From Lachnospiraceae bacterium (lineage in GTDB: Bacteria; Bacillota; Clostridia; Lachnospirales; Lachnospiraceae), in contig JAFSKG010000044.1 of the NCBI GenBank assembly GCA_017449075.1, forward strand, positions 4,339 through 68,338: a DNA stretch of 64,000 nucleotides. The letters are read 5' to 3'. The position numbers and the translations under genes are program-made. Below, one piece after another: positions 39,301 to 46,130 of the stretch. The notes under the pieces are model-generated. The model had not been told where the DNA came from. It was given only the letters and a program-made list of their open reading frames with translations, and made no database searches. Position 1 is the stretch's first letter. Every line of letters starts with the position of its first letter.

Positions 39301-40329
39301 AAGACCATTACTACTTTCTAAATCCCAAGTATGATCATAACTAGAAGGTGACGCAACTCCATATGGAAGAATATCTATATTAGTAATACTATTTTTATTA
39401 ATACTTGCACCATTTAACCAATTTGGATTTAATATATATTTACCTCCTGCTCCCAATAAAGTATTGCTGCTACTTGTAAGCTCTTCAACTAGTTTTAATG
39501 TATTTGATTGGGTAGATTCATCTACTTCTAAAGTTTCACTTGCAGTAGATAATTTTTCTTCTACAACAAATTTAACAAATTCTGAATCAGTTGCTATTAA
39601 ATTATGATTATTATTTGAAACTTCACTATCAGTAGATAGTTTAGTATTTACTTCGCCATTTTCATTTACATCGCTATCTGTTGCAATATCATTATTTAAT
39701 TTTTCTTCATCAGTTTCATTTTGATCTTCGCTTGGAGCAATGTCAGAAGTAGTCGCTGCGGGCTCGCGGTGCTTCGCCCCTACAGAGTTGCTCTCACATA
39801 CAGAGTCATCTGAATCTTCATTTGTGCTCGTAGAAGTATCATCTACACTTTCACTCGCACCTGTAGAATCAATTGTTCCATCTTCAATGCTAACACTTAT
39901 AGAATCACTCTCTTCTTCTTTACTTATATCGCTACTTTCATTTTTATCACTTTCTAAAATTTCTTCACTATTATCCCTACTATCTATACTATCAATACTT
40001 TCACTATTTTCTACAGTTGATTCTTCTGAATCATTACTATCATTTTCATCATTATCAGAACTTTCGATAGTTGTATCTCCTTCTGGTTCTTCTTCAATAG
40101 GGATTGCAAGCTTCGCCCCTGCAAAGTCGCTTTCCCCTTCGCCATCACCTTCAATCTTTTCTTTTAATAAATCTCCTTCATAATAGTTATGATTATTATT
40201 TCCATTAGCAGTACTTGCACCACTCACCACATCATCTACCGATGAAGCAAAAGTCATCATTCCAGCATTTGAAAACACCATTGAAATGACTAAAAATATT
40301 GCTATTTTTCTTTTTAAAACATTCACCAT
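30394..40329 (-). CDS. Giant (~3312 aa) surface protein: signal peptide, acidic low-complexity region, ~10-11 modules of DUF285/BspA-type leucine-rich repeats, Pro-rich linker, C-terminal cell-wall-binding repeats
   Basis: A 9.9-kb uninterrupted ORF in AT-rich DNA. The start is set at MVNVLKRKIAIFLVISMVFSNAGMMTFASS (ATG 40329, SD GGAGG). Roughly 55-60 units of the type NVTNMSYMFxGCSSL. Modules end in (G)YFT/YLS...NW. The linker is PKPKPVPPEPVPPTPPTPPRPTPGP. The C-terminus is GWKQILGDWYYFGIDGEMY...DGYFVGADGKWI. Confidence 0.85.
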   Translation of the reverse strand: MVNVLKRKIAIFLVISMVFSNAGMMTFASSVDDVVSGASTANGNNNHNYYEGDLLKEKIEGDGEGESDFAGAKLAIPIEEEPEGDTTIESSDNDENDSNDSEESTVENSESIDSIDSRDNSEEILESDKNESSDISKEEESDSISVSIEDGTIDSTGASESVDDTSTSTNEDSDDSVCESNSVGAKHREPAATTSDIAPSEDQNETDEEKLNNDIATDSDVNENGEVNTKLSTDSEVSNNNHNLIATDSEFVKFVVEEKLSTASETLEVDESTQSNTLKLVEELTSSSNTLLGAGGKYILNPNWLNGASINKNSITNIDILPYGVASPSSYDHTWDLESSNGLKGFKNGTNIYIWAADDKDIYLPDDASYLFSDAGDDKFTSLAAINNLDVVYTNETTNMSHMFDGASSILEINAVNFDTRNVTNTSYMFNGCSDLLYIYASDIFNVNNVTDSQNMFNDCLKLRSKEMNGGFDEFIYDSTKIDKERAFCKIAFDIDYGGSLERKYNNKGYFTDNNYRIKGDWFNVIPGGNKDDVITIRFDRYDDPIPSGTRYILPDSYGLALYYDGETITFHPDRDKPICLNGGNEEGYFADFYNLTSFENLTYLDTSHAATFKYAFASLRSLETIDVSKFVTDHITSLYGMFEGCTNLKEINGTGSWNTGWVWLSSYAFKNCRQLKELDLGNLYYHIYYTTSMYEDCINLSSIYIKNKTFDAIAQSSWDMFNNCHSIIGGQGTRLTWGSQTNFWSACIDGRNGRPGFYTEYRLLFRPGWYEPAQSNYDVRNITEIEFLNQGAPAPTTYDYTWELPKSFGLVGYRVGTKVYIHRSNNLELYLPTNIRYLFSNPDPALQFTSLEKIVNLTSLNAIVVDDADHMFDGASNLREIDLSNFFTETLRNTRYMFANCSSLTTIKASDIFTLDEVGNRCENMFEGCTSLVGKDSSGNEGAGTYSRYSESNPKDITCAKLEENYEDKHGYLTDANYNVGKDWNKDINDSVIIDRSNVTKITFIKGGNAPSSYDNTYFIKDGNGLEGYINGTELIVYARNNRRSIYLTNDATNVFKDATSLTEFGSLDIVLTKRTTNMTGLFYNASQLTSVNLSKFDTTRVSTMSYMFYGTSALSNLDLSAFNTSAVSNMSYMFANTSSLTSLNLKNLNTSNVTNMSHMFDGVSALAEIDLSMFDTSKVMDMSYMFKSMTNLENIDLSRFVVSQAPSFEGMFTDMDTITYIDLSTFKDGNDYLTIKNAYKMFDGLDNLEVIDITNFYAYNSNIERMFNNLPRLTTIYCDYNFNMAQGGYDDPIVFSNCPNLSGDQGTTYTARGEQGKRYAKKDKFNGPSELGYFSRPVYRLTKGWHIGSGLNQNQITSVTIYDYNPGASNLYDIPYSNGLKGSVNGTAITIFRPNDDKAMTLGTSAAYVFSGYSSLTSVTGLNVLDSSRLLDTSHMFDGASSLTSFNMNDIDIRNVTNMSYMFNGASSLTNLTFTGANFSNVTNMSHMFCGAFNGTSGSISIDLRGLDTRNVTDMSYMFSGVFPGGGYNITELDIRGLNTSKVTDMSHLFSNAGFRYLSFSGIDTSNVTNMSYMFSGAYRLNNIDLTGFDTHNLTNTSYMFSGCYGLTAIYVNDNFDLSNVTSSENMFDGCASLIGRDIDDIEGTGTYSRYNNSNPKDKTIAIIEENFEGHHGYLSDKNYRLKSNWYNQCGTEGAAYSPENISKIVFASASAVDPTHTLHDDWWQIDGSNGLIGLRDGNIVTIYAPEARTIYASQNSQNLFANFYNSSYKKGFGWNVGGVEFENIDMFDTSKVLNFASAFKYVEFKPNISFETFETSRVSDFSNMFGSGPIAITDTVNPTPITAELQGHNESVDLDITNFDTSSATNMMGMFNNVGFRSITHSENFVNSNVTNIKALFANAYNIDTIDAINFDISSLTGTAMEYLFYGCKEIERLDLSTYDTKNITSYKGLFAYCEALEKVYVSDTWKLIDSTSVEVFTACTSLIGEEGTTKEAIAASSSEAESNTSKYARIDRGNDDINKMGLLSDGNYILRPGWYKYLNDTDNYPASGIGSIKFVPYGEATMSICDYDTVLPNSFGLRACRLDDTVEIYKVINKTIYAYKDSTALFSDSDAYVKSISFSGGMTNLTNVENIHLLDTSKVTSISGMFAGAKSMTNLDVSSLNIDKVEKLDMLFYGMRSLAALDIRSFDTSKITDMSYMFSKIGSGLAGTNYIDLSGLETINTSNVTDMSYMFSESRISDFIFNIDNFDTSKVTNMNGMFKGIYTGGNELSVGSFKTSAVTDFSSMFENVTFTTIYATKHFEVSGTAASNNMFNNATNLKGGNGTSYTGSHRDGSYARIDKDGTPGYFTEDKYFLDVNWYDGIGVNPSEVKKIIFSTPDMSISSNPINVTKLPNSGGLKVYYYLNGSDKIIDVHTTRDVPIYIPEDSSYLFSGTTPERKFTSLVEIVNLDLLDTSKATNMSHMFEDANKIKELDVRYFETASVSDMSYMFNNCSTLRTIKASDSFDVTNVIESTNMFGNCVSIFGRNINRDDITGFDPTKTDKSMAVIEDAYVIVTEVEGVNHGYLANYNYAYSGDIKNWAAFVNLDCREITKITLTYDENDIPTTYDKVGVREDMNGLVTYRINNTELVIYAKKRRPIYTRQSCDHLFGIQAPKLVEFNGLEYLDTRLTLLARWMFEHWKGGPVNIGRFNWHRLRNAERMFCCDDLRGWNFDGADFSSVRYADYMFCPRIDDVTNDAIDLSKTKWSNSLVNAYCMFEDRRKTKKILFPESFSFENLWQGYEMFQDCQEIEEIDFSMLKSTKVSILHLMFNRCYKLKTIYMSKDFGVSNIQYNNDMFNDCTSLVGGNGTRYADKILEDPSNAKGVNYAYIDWGPRSERPGYFTYKSYLLDGNWYQDTYAKSNIEEIKILKYGDATPLTVDAEWDIPNSRGLKGYRVGNKAYISAPKDIDICTAKDASGLFSGFTNLETITNFENVSTISTNNMSHMFDGCVRLATVNVAKVDTTNATDLSYMFNGCSGLEEVILTWFNTASASNMRNMFANCTNLKRIYTTDAFVTTSVTSDSSMFSGCNSLTGQYGTTLASISEIDPSHVYDSTYARLDAESLPGYFIYGTPKPKPVPPEPVPPTPPTPPRPTPGPYNPSGSGGSSGGGSGTGPLINQPLTTINLLTIKSVKDFLNADTCTWNYNPRNDKWQLEGTGVWGKTTALDGFYVIQRIVEGANNPITGNVARSTYYFDAAGNMYKGWIHTIDSKIYFFDNSMTVREGTMATGWKQILGDWYYFGIDGEMYINTMTPDGYFVGADGKWINLNQ
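39758..39783 (-). repeat. GC-rich repeat copy inside the giant CDS
   Basis: The minus strand reads GTAGGGGCGAAGCACCGCGAGCCCGC, which translates as VGAKHREPA. Confidence 0.6.
40100..40143 (-). repeat. GC-rich repeat copy inside the giant CDS
   Basis: The minus strand reads GGCGAAGGGGAAAGCGACTTTGCAGGGGCGAAGCTTGCAATCCC, which translates as GEGESDFAGAKLAIP. Confidence 0.55.
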
Positions 40330-40537
40330 ATGAACCTCCAGAAAAACAAAATGGCTAGCAAGGCTGTCCTTTAATACTACTATCATATATCCTGTTTGCA
40401 AACAAAAAGTGCTACTTGCATATAAATTGTATAATAAATTACTATTTTTTTCAATAAAATTAACTAATTTAAGCCATTTATATAGAAAAAAACATTTAAT
40501 AATGTTATAATTATTTAAATTGTAACTAGGAGTAATT

Positions 40538-41092
40538 ATGGGAAAGTTTAATGTTATAGAAACAGGGATCAAAGATTTAAAGGTCATAAAATTTGACCCA
40601 TTCTTAGATGCCCGCGGATATTTTTACGAATCTTATAACAAAAATGATTTTATCAAAATGGGTATAACTGAAGAGTTTGTGCAGGACAACCAATCTATGA
40701 GTAGTAAGGGCGTACTTCGAGGACTTCATTTTCAGATAAACTACCCTCAATCTAAACTTGTCCGCTGTCTTAAAGGCAAAGTTTTCGATGTGGCAGTTGA
40801 TATAAGAAAAGATTCTCCTACTTATGGTAAGCACTATGGCGTAGAACTCACAGAGGACAATAATACAATGTTTTATGTGCCAAAAAATTTCGCTCATGGA
40901 TTTTTAGTTTTGTCAGACACTGCTATCTTCTCTTATAAAGTTACAGATTTTTATCATCCAAATGATGAAGGCGGCATAATGTATAACGACCCGGATTTAA
41001 ATATTAAGTGGCCAATACCTGATGATCCGAATTTTAAAATCTTGTTATCTGATAAGGATACAAAGCATCCACTATTTAAAGATTTAAAATAG
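40538..41092 (+). CDS. rfbC: dTDP-4-dehydrorhamnose 3,5-epimerase
   Basis: 184 aa with RmlC cupin motifs (FxDxRGxFxE, LRGLHFQ, VFDVAVDIRKDSPTYG, FAHGF). SD is AGGAG. Confidence 0.9.
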   Translation: MGKFNVIETGIKDLKVIKFDPFLDARGYFYESYNKNDFIKMGITEEFVQDNQSMSSKGVLRGLHFQINYPQSKLVRCLKGKVFDVAVDIRKDSPTYGKHYGVELTEDNNTMFYVPKNFAHGFLVLSDTAIFSYKVTDFYHPNDEGGIMYNDPDLNIKWPIPDDPNFKILLSDKDTKHPLFKDLK

Positions 41093-41100
41093 GGCTCGTA

Positions 41101-41133
41101 AAAAATGGATGGGTTTTCACCATCCATTTTTTT
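41101..41133. terminator. Bidirectional terminator between rfbC and the pseudouridine synthase gene
   Basis: AAAAA-TGGATGG-GTTTTCA-CCATCCA-TTTTTTT. Confidence 0.8.
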
Positions 41134-42058
41134 ATCTTATTATTTCATTTATATCATCCGGTATCTTCGCATCAAACCTCATCATCTCATGAGTTATCGG
41201 ATGGTTCATTAGTAGTTCACTTGAATGTAACGCCTGCCTTTTTATTAGTGTGTAATCAGGATTATATAGGAAGTCGCCTATAATCGGAAAACCAATGTGT
41301 TTCATATGAACTCTTATTTGATGAGTTCTACCCGTTAGCAATATGAATTTGCAAAGAGACACATCATAATTTTCTATGTATCTTATAGCAAATACTTTTG
41401 TAATTGCCACTTCACCATCTGGAGCTACGCACCTTTCTATGGTAGAGTCGTCAACCCTTTTTATAGGAGAGTCAATTACCAGTTCGAGATCAGTTAGTTC
41501 ATTTAAATGTTCTATTGATTTGAGGTTTGGGTTTATGTGAAGAGCATTGTAGACATTACCTTTTACAACACCGAGATAGGATCTTTTTATTAAATTTTTT
41601 GCTATATGTTCTGAAAATATTGCTGCAGAGAATTTATTTTTTGCTATAAGGCATACACCACTTGTATCTCTATCAAGTCTTGTTATTGGTCTATATACAA
41701 AGTTTCTATTGTTGAAGTGAGCTGCGAGTGCATTTCCGAGTGTATTTAAATGATTGCCCTGAGATGGATGGATAGGCATGTCAGCAGGTTTATTTACGAC
41801 GATCATATCTTCATCTTCAAATAGTATCTCATATTTCAAGTTTGGATTTGGTTCTATATCAGAACTCTCATCTTCAATAATATCAATTTTTATTTCTTCT
41901 CCAACTGACAATATATGGAACATATCAAGACCTAGAGTTTTCTTTATATGCTTTATGAGTTCTTGAGAAAAACCTTGAGCGGTCAAAAAATCTTTGAGGT
42001 ATTTGCCATCAAAGTTTCTTGGTACCACATATAATAATTTTCTCACACTGCTTTCCAT
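41132..42058 (-). CDS. RluA-family (RluD-like) pseudouridine synthase
   Basis: Catalytic motif TRLDRDTSGV, with GRTHQIRVH near the C-terminus and an N-terminal S4-like region. Confidence 0.85.
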   Translation of the reverse strand: MESSVRKLLYVVPRNFDGKYLKDFLTAQGFSQELIKHIKKTLGLDMFHILSVGEEIKIDIIEDESSDIEPNPNLKYEILFEDEDMIVVNKPADMPIHPSQGNHLNTLGNALAAHFNNRNFVYRPITRLDRDTSGVCLIAKNKFSAAIFSEHIAKNLIKRSYLGVVKGNVYNALHINPNLKSIEHLNELTDLELVIDSPIKRVDDSTIERCVAPDGEVAITKVFAIRYIENYDVSLCKFILLTGRTHQIRVHMKHIGFPIIGDFLYNPDYTLIKRQALHSSELLMNHPITHEMMRFDAKIPDDINEIIR

Positions 42059-42069
42059 ATATTTGTTGA

Positions 42070-42097
42070 GTGGGGCTCTGCAAGAATTCGCCCCTAC
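42070..42097 (-). repeat. GC-rich repeat copy that fills most of the 41-nt spacer
   Basis: The minus strand reads GTAGGGGCGAATTCTTGCAGAGCCCCAC. It is a GGGGC/GCCCC hairpin lying directly after the stop of the upstream gene. Confidence 0.6.
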
Positions 42098-42099
42098 TA

Positions 42100-43179
42100 T
42101 TATTTTTTCTCTTCTTGATAGAATTCTACTTCTACTTCATCTTCTTTTGCTCTATCTTTATCATCACTTTTAATTTTTTCATTTTCACTACTCTTAACAA
42201 TACTATTATCTAACTCAATCTCATTTTTCTTACCAAACAATGCCTTAAATATTGCTGAGATTATCACAATCAACAGTATTGCCACAAGTCCAAGAATAAT
42301 CCATGGTATGTGAGTAAATATATTTGCTCCAAGTCTCATAACAAAGAGCTTTGCCTCAGTTAGATTTTTCTTTAATTGTTTTATAAGCGTCTCTTTAGAG
42401 AAATCATCTTCTGATACTTGAGGTTCAGTCAAATCTTTTACTTCTGATATATTGATATGAACAGTTGAGTATGTCACTTGCTTATCATATCTATTAAGTC
42501 TTCTTGTGATATTTTCTATCTCTGTTCTTACAGACGAAAGTTTATCCTCAACCTTTATCATCTCTTCTACAGTTTTAGCCTTCTTAAGCATAGCATTGAG
42601 ACTTTCCTCTTCTATCTTAAGGCTCTTAAGTCTTGACTCAGTATCAGAATATTCATCAGTAATATCAGATATATTTTCTTGTCTAAATGTTACATTTAAC
42701 TTATCTCCAATTTTACTTAAAAACGAATCAAGTTTAATGGCCGGTATTCTTACATTGAAATTTGCATTCTTTCTATAATTTTTATCATTGATATTTCCAC
42801 TATCAACATAAGAACTATCAATAATGCCATCAAAACTTGCCACATAAGACTTTAGCCATTCTATCGACTCATCAAATGTCTTTGTCTCTGTATTTAAATC
42901 TACAGTTTTTATTATTTTTCTATCACTTGTACTGCCACTACTATCAGCCGTAGTATATTTTGCTCCATCAAAGGTCATCTCCTCTACCGCAATGTCATTC
43001 ACAGCAGCCATCTTAGCATTTGCCCTTCCAAATCCTGCCCCAGTATACATTGCTGCCGCAGTAGTCTCTGTTCTAAGCATCATAGACTGAGTTGAAGAAT
43101 TATTGACTCCACACGAAATTAAAGTTAAAATAGTAATAGCACAGATTAACAATGAAAACACTTTTCTAAATTTTTTCAT
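42100..43179 (-). CDS. DUF4349-like lipoprotein (coiled-coil, C-terminal TM helix)
   Basis: Lipobox signal MKKFRKVFSLLICAITILTLISCG, a coiled-coil centre and a C-terminal TM helix IPWIILGLVAILLIVIISAIF. The start is set at the ATG at 43179, behind SD GGAGG. Confidence 0.6.
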   Translation of the reverse strand: MKKFRKVFSLLICAITILTLISCGVNNSSTQSMMLRTETTAAAMYTGAGFGRANAKMAAVNDIAVEEMTFDGAKYTTADSSGSTSDRKIIKTVDLNTETKTFDESIEWLKSYVASFDGIIDSSYVDSGNINDKNYRKNANFNVRIPAIKLDSFLSKIGDKLNVTFRQENISDITDEYSDTESRLKSLKIEEESLNAMLKKAKTVEEMIKVEDKLSSVRTEIENITRRLNRYDKQVTYSTVHINISEVKDLTEPQVSEDDFSKETLIKQLKKNLTEAKLFVMRLGANIFTHIPWIILGLVAILLIVIISAIFKALFGKKNEIELDNSIVKSSENEKIKSDDKDRAKEDEVEVEFYQEEKK

Positions 43180-43201
43180 GATTACCTCCAAGGAGTTTTA
43201 T

Positions 43202-43903
43202 ATGAATAAAAAATTTAACAATATATTTTTAATATTATTTTCACTTTCAATAATATATTTTATGCTGTTTGCCGCTTTTTATCTAGTATGCTTTATAGAT
43301 AAGGATGGGCTATATAAACTGATAATTAAAAATGAAACTTACAAAAACTTGCCATTTACTCTATCCTATTTTGATCTAAAAAACCTATCAAGAGAACTCA
43401 TGCAGTACATCTCCGGAAAACTTCCATTTCTTGAAACCAAAGTTACAATTAACAATGTGCTTACTGAATTTTATAGTCTTAGGTCAAAAATACATATGGC
43501 TGATGTTAGAAATCTAATAATAAATTTTAGAAATGTTTCCTTCGCTGCAATTATAATATGTATCTTTTCATTATTTAAAGTTCAAAAACTTGATGACCCT
43601 ATAAAAAAACTGAAGTCAACATATCTCAAGACGCTATCGGTTATTGCTATCTTTCTTATCGCCCTAATCATATTTGCAAGTAATAACTTTGATGTATTCT
43701 TTACTAAATTTCATGAAACATTATTTACAAATGACTTGTGGTTGCTTGACCCAAATGAAGACTATATCATTTGTCTACTACCAGAAAAAATATTTATGAC
43801 TTATGGCCTAAGGATTGCTATAACTATGCTTATTGCTTTGGTTCTTCCTTACCTTTTTCTTCAAATTTTGTCAAGAATTCAACTTCGCCAAGAAGCCAAA
43901 TAA
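43202..43903 (+). CDS. TIGR01906/DUF1461-type integral membrane protein (Lit-like family, tentative)
   Basis: 233 aa with 4 TM helices and a conserved-looking segment FHETLFTNDLWLLDPNEDYIICLLPEKIF. The start is set at the ATG at 43202, behind SD AAGGAG. Confidence 0.5.
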   Translation: MNKKFNNIFLILFSLSIIYFMLFAAFYLVCFIDKDGLYKLIIKNETYKNLPFTLSYFDLKNLSRELMQYISGKLPFLETKVTINNVLTEFYSLRSKIHMADVRNLIINFRNVSFAAIIICIFSLFKVQKLDDPIKKLKSTYLKTLSVIAIFLIALIIFASNNFDVFFTKFHETLFTNDLWLLDPNEDYIICLLPEKIFMTYGLRIAITMLIALVLPYLFLQILSRIQLRQEAK

Positions 43904-44837
43904 CGCCTCTAAATCTTCTGCCAGGAAGTGGCTCTCCATCCAAATCTTTCTCATTGATCATGAGATTAAATTGTAATCCCATAGTATCTACTCTCATCTC
44001 AACCATGGTCTCATTAGTATATTGGTTTACTTTTCTATTTACGCTTATAATCTCTGCAACGATCTGATACTTGTCGCATTCTATCCCATATGGCACAAGG
44101 CTTGTCTCAACTATAGAATACAAATCTTCATTCTTCAATCTACTCTCTTGATATCCGATTGGATTTCTTGGAAGCTTTATGCCAATGCCAATACTTATAG
44201 GTTTACCGCCAATGCCTTCAGAAAAATCATCCATATCACCGATTATTCTTGTAGTAATTGGCGAGTCATCGTAATCTTCATCGTCTTCGTCATCATCAGC
44301 ATCATCATATTCATAACTTGGATTTATCTTACTTTTATCATTGAACTCATTCCCTGATATTTCTTTCTTGTCGATAGGAAGTATAATTCTTCCACTCACA
44401 GAAAGAGCAGACAAATATATTTTATCAATTTTAATATCACTGATTTTATGTTTCTTAATCAAGCTATTGTACACATTTCCATTTGTGAGGTAAAAAATAA
44501 GTGCTATACCAAGTCTATAGTCATCAATAATACCTGCATATGATTCTTTATCACTATGTTTTTCTATAGTACATTCTTGAATCAAAGTATAATCATATCC
44601 TTTAAGATATGGGTAATAAAAATCAATGAGTGCTAATTGATCCCTCTCCTGCTCTCCAATCACTGATATGCCTGCGCCATTACAAACTGGCAAATTATAC
44701 TGCCCACAGAGTCTCATATCTTGTGTAATATAAGTGCTTATTAAATTTTCATCCTTCAAATTTTCCTTGAAGAAATCGTCAACCTGCGATTTCCTTACGA
44801 ATTCGCTAAAGCCAACTGCTCTTAAATATTTGTGCAT
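43830..44837 (-). CDS. Conserved hypothetical protein with an acidic central tract (possibly DUF3881-like)
   Basis: 335 aa starting MHKYLRAVGFSEF, with the tract DDADDDEDDEDYDD. No catalytic motif was recognised, and the family name is from memory only. Confidence 0.45.
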   Translation of the reverse strand: MHKYLRAVGFSEFVRKSQVDDFFKENLKDENLISTYITQDMRLCGQYNLPVCNGAGISVIGEQERDQLALIDFYYPYLKGYDYTLIQECTIEKHSDKESYAGIIDDYRLGIALIFYLTNGNVYNSLIKKHKISDIKIDKIYLSALSVSGRIILPIDKKEISGNEFNDKSKINPSYEYDDADDDEDDEDYDDSPITTRIIGDMDDFSEGIGGKPISIGIGIKLPRNPIGYQESRLKNEDLYSIVETSLVPYGIECDKYQIVAEIISVNRKVNQYTNETMVEMRVDTMGLQFNLMINEKDLDGEPLPGRRFRGVIWLLGEVEFLTKFEEKGKEEPKQ

Positions 44838-44857
44838 AATTTCCTCTTATATATATA

Positions 44858-45211
44858 TTATATATCAACTCTCCTAAACTTTCTACAATCAATAAGTCCT
44901 TCAAAATACCATTTAAAATACCTATTATCTTCAATTAATAACTCTTTACTTCTTTTATCCAACTGCTTTAGCCTTGCCTCTAGTTTTGACGCGTCACTTC
45001 TGGTTTTTGTTTTCCAGACCGCCACTATTTTCTCTGGTTTATGACTTTTTGTAAACTTAGCACCTTTTTTAGAGTTATTAATCCTAGCGTGTTCATCAAA
45101 ACGTCTTTTATAATCAGTTGCTATGCCTGTATATAAAACATTTCCATCACAACGTAAAATATATATATAGTATTTCTGTAGGGTTGTTTGATCATACATT
45201 TTACTTTGCAT
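44858..45211 (-). CDS. GIY-YIG nuclease-domain protein (UPF0213-like)
   Basis: YYIYILRC...LYTGIATDYKRRFDEH...GAKFTK matches the GIY-(x10)-YTG layout. The start may instead be M5 at 45199. Confidence 0.75.
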   Translation of the reverse strand: MQSKMYDQTTLQKYYIYILRCDGNVLYTGIATDYKRRFDEHARINNSKKGAKFTKSHKPEKIVAVWKTKTRSDASKLEARLKQLDKRSKELLIEDNRYFKWYFEGLIDCRKFRRVDI

Positions 45212-46124
45212 CTTTCGTTGCTAAATAATTTTGAATTGACGTAATCGCATTCGCTCCATCAGCGCAAGCAGTTATAACCTGTCTAAGCTGCTTTTTTCTC
45301 ACATCACCTACTGCATAGATGCCTTTAATGCTGGTTTCGCAAGTTTCATCAGCCTTTATATATTCACCATCCATTTCAACTTTTTCTTTTAAAAGCATTG
45401 AAGATGGATTCATTCCTATTCCAACAAATACTCCATCAACTGTTAATTCAGACATTATAATATCATTTTTTCCTTTTATCAGTATTCCTTCTATCTTATT
45501 TTCTCCAATGATTTCCTTCACAACAGTCTCATAAAATATTTCTACATTTTTTTCACTCTTAACTTCTTCCTGCAGCACCTTGGTAGCTCTTAATTCATTT
45601 CTCCTTACTATCAAATATACTTTTTTAGCAATTCTTGATAAAAATATTGCATCTTCCACCGCTGTATCTCCTCCACCTATTACTGCAACCTCTCTATTTT
45701 TAAAAAATGCTCCGTCACAAGTCGCACAGTATGACACTCCATTTCCTACAAATTCCTCTTCTCTTTCAAAGCCACCATGTTTTGGGCTACCACCTGTCGC
45801 AAGAATTATAGTTTTAGTTTCATACTCTGCATTTGCAGTTTTTACTTTTTTTATATCTAAATAAATATCTGTTATCTCTGTGACTTTTTCACCTTTCATC
45901 TCGACATTTAATTCTTTTGCATGTTTCTTAAAACTATCATGAAGCTCTTGACCAGATACATTGTTGAAACCCGGATAATTGCAAACTTCGTAAGTGTTAC
46001 ATATCTGACTTTCAACAGCATATGGGTCATACAAAAGTAGAGCATTTAGACATGCTCGCTTTGCATATATGGCTGCTGTAAGACCAGCAGGGCCAGAGCC
46101 AATTATTATTATATCGTAAACCAT
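45201..46124 (-). CDS. trxB: Thioredoxin-disulfide reductase
   Basis: FAD motif IIIIGSGPAGLTAA, redox centre CATCDG and NADPH motif VIGGGDTAVE. Confidence 0.9.
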   Translation of the reverse strand: MVYDIIIIGSGPAGLTAAIYAKRACLNALLLYDPYAVESQICNTYEVCNYPGFNNVSGQELHDSFKKHAKELNVEMKGEKVTEITDIYLDIKKVKTANAEYETKTIILATGGSPKHGGFEREEEFVGNGVSYCATCDGAFFKNREVAVIGGGDTAVEDAIFLSRIAKKVYLIVRRNELRATKVLQEEVKSEKNVEIFYETVVKEIIGENKIEGILIKGKNDIIMSELTVDGVFVGIGMNPSSMLLKEKVEMDGEYIKADETCETSIKGIYAVGDVRKKQLRQVITACADGANAITSIQNYLATKDAK

Positions 46125-46130
46125 GATAAC

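Noticed and set aside
30508-40183. Many 60-150-aa plus-strand ORFs inside the giant gene, with similar antisense ORFs inside ftsZ, prfC, metN, comM, trxB, the NCS2 permease and others.
   Set aside because: They are antisense to long, motif-supported CDSs, lack SDs and have low-complexity composition. The Ser/Leu-rich 147-aa ORF at 39740-40183 simply mirrors the acidic region.
30394-40329. CRISPR array or DGR variable region as an explanation for the periodic DNA repeats.
   Set aside because: The repeats are in one continuous ORF and correspond to protein repeat units. There is no constant-repeat/unique-spacer structure, and no cas gene, reverse transcriptase or template repeat in the window.
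40330-40587. The 86-aa N-terminal extension of the giant ORF in the track (MTFKSLIPVS...), which overlaps the rfbC start.
   Set aside because: It has no signal peptide or SD. An internal ATG at 40329 has SD GGAGG and a textbook signal peptide. The extension is AT-rich promoter DNA that happens to stay open.
41091-41100. TAGGGCTCGTA right after the rfbC stop, and ATTGCGAGGGC at 22886-22896, as further GC-rich repeat copies.
   Set aside because: Only 7-8 nt match the family core and the second half is absent. These are within chance expectation.
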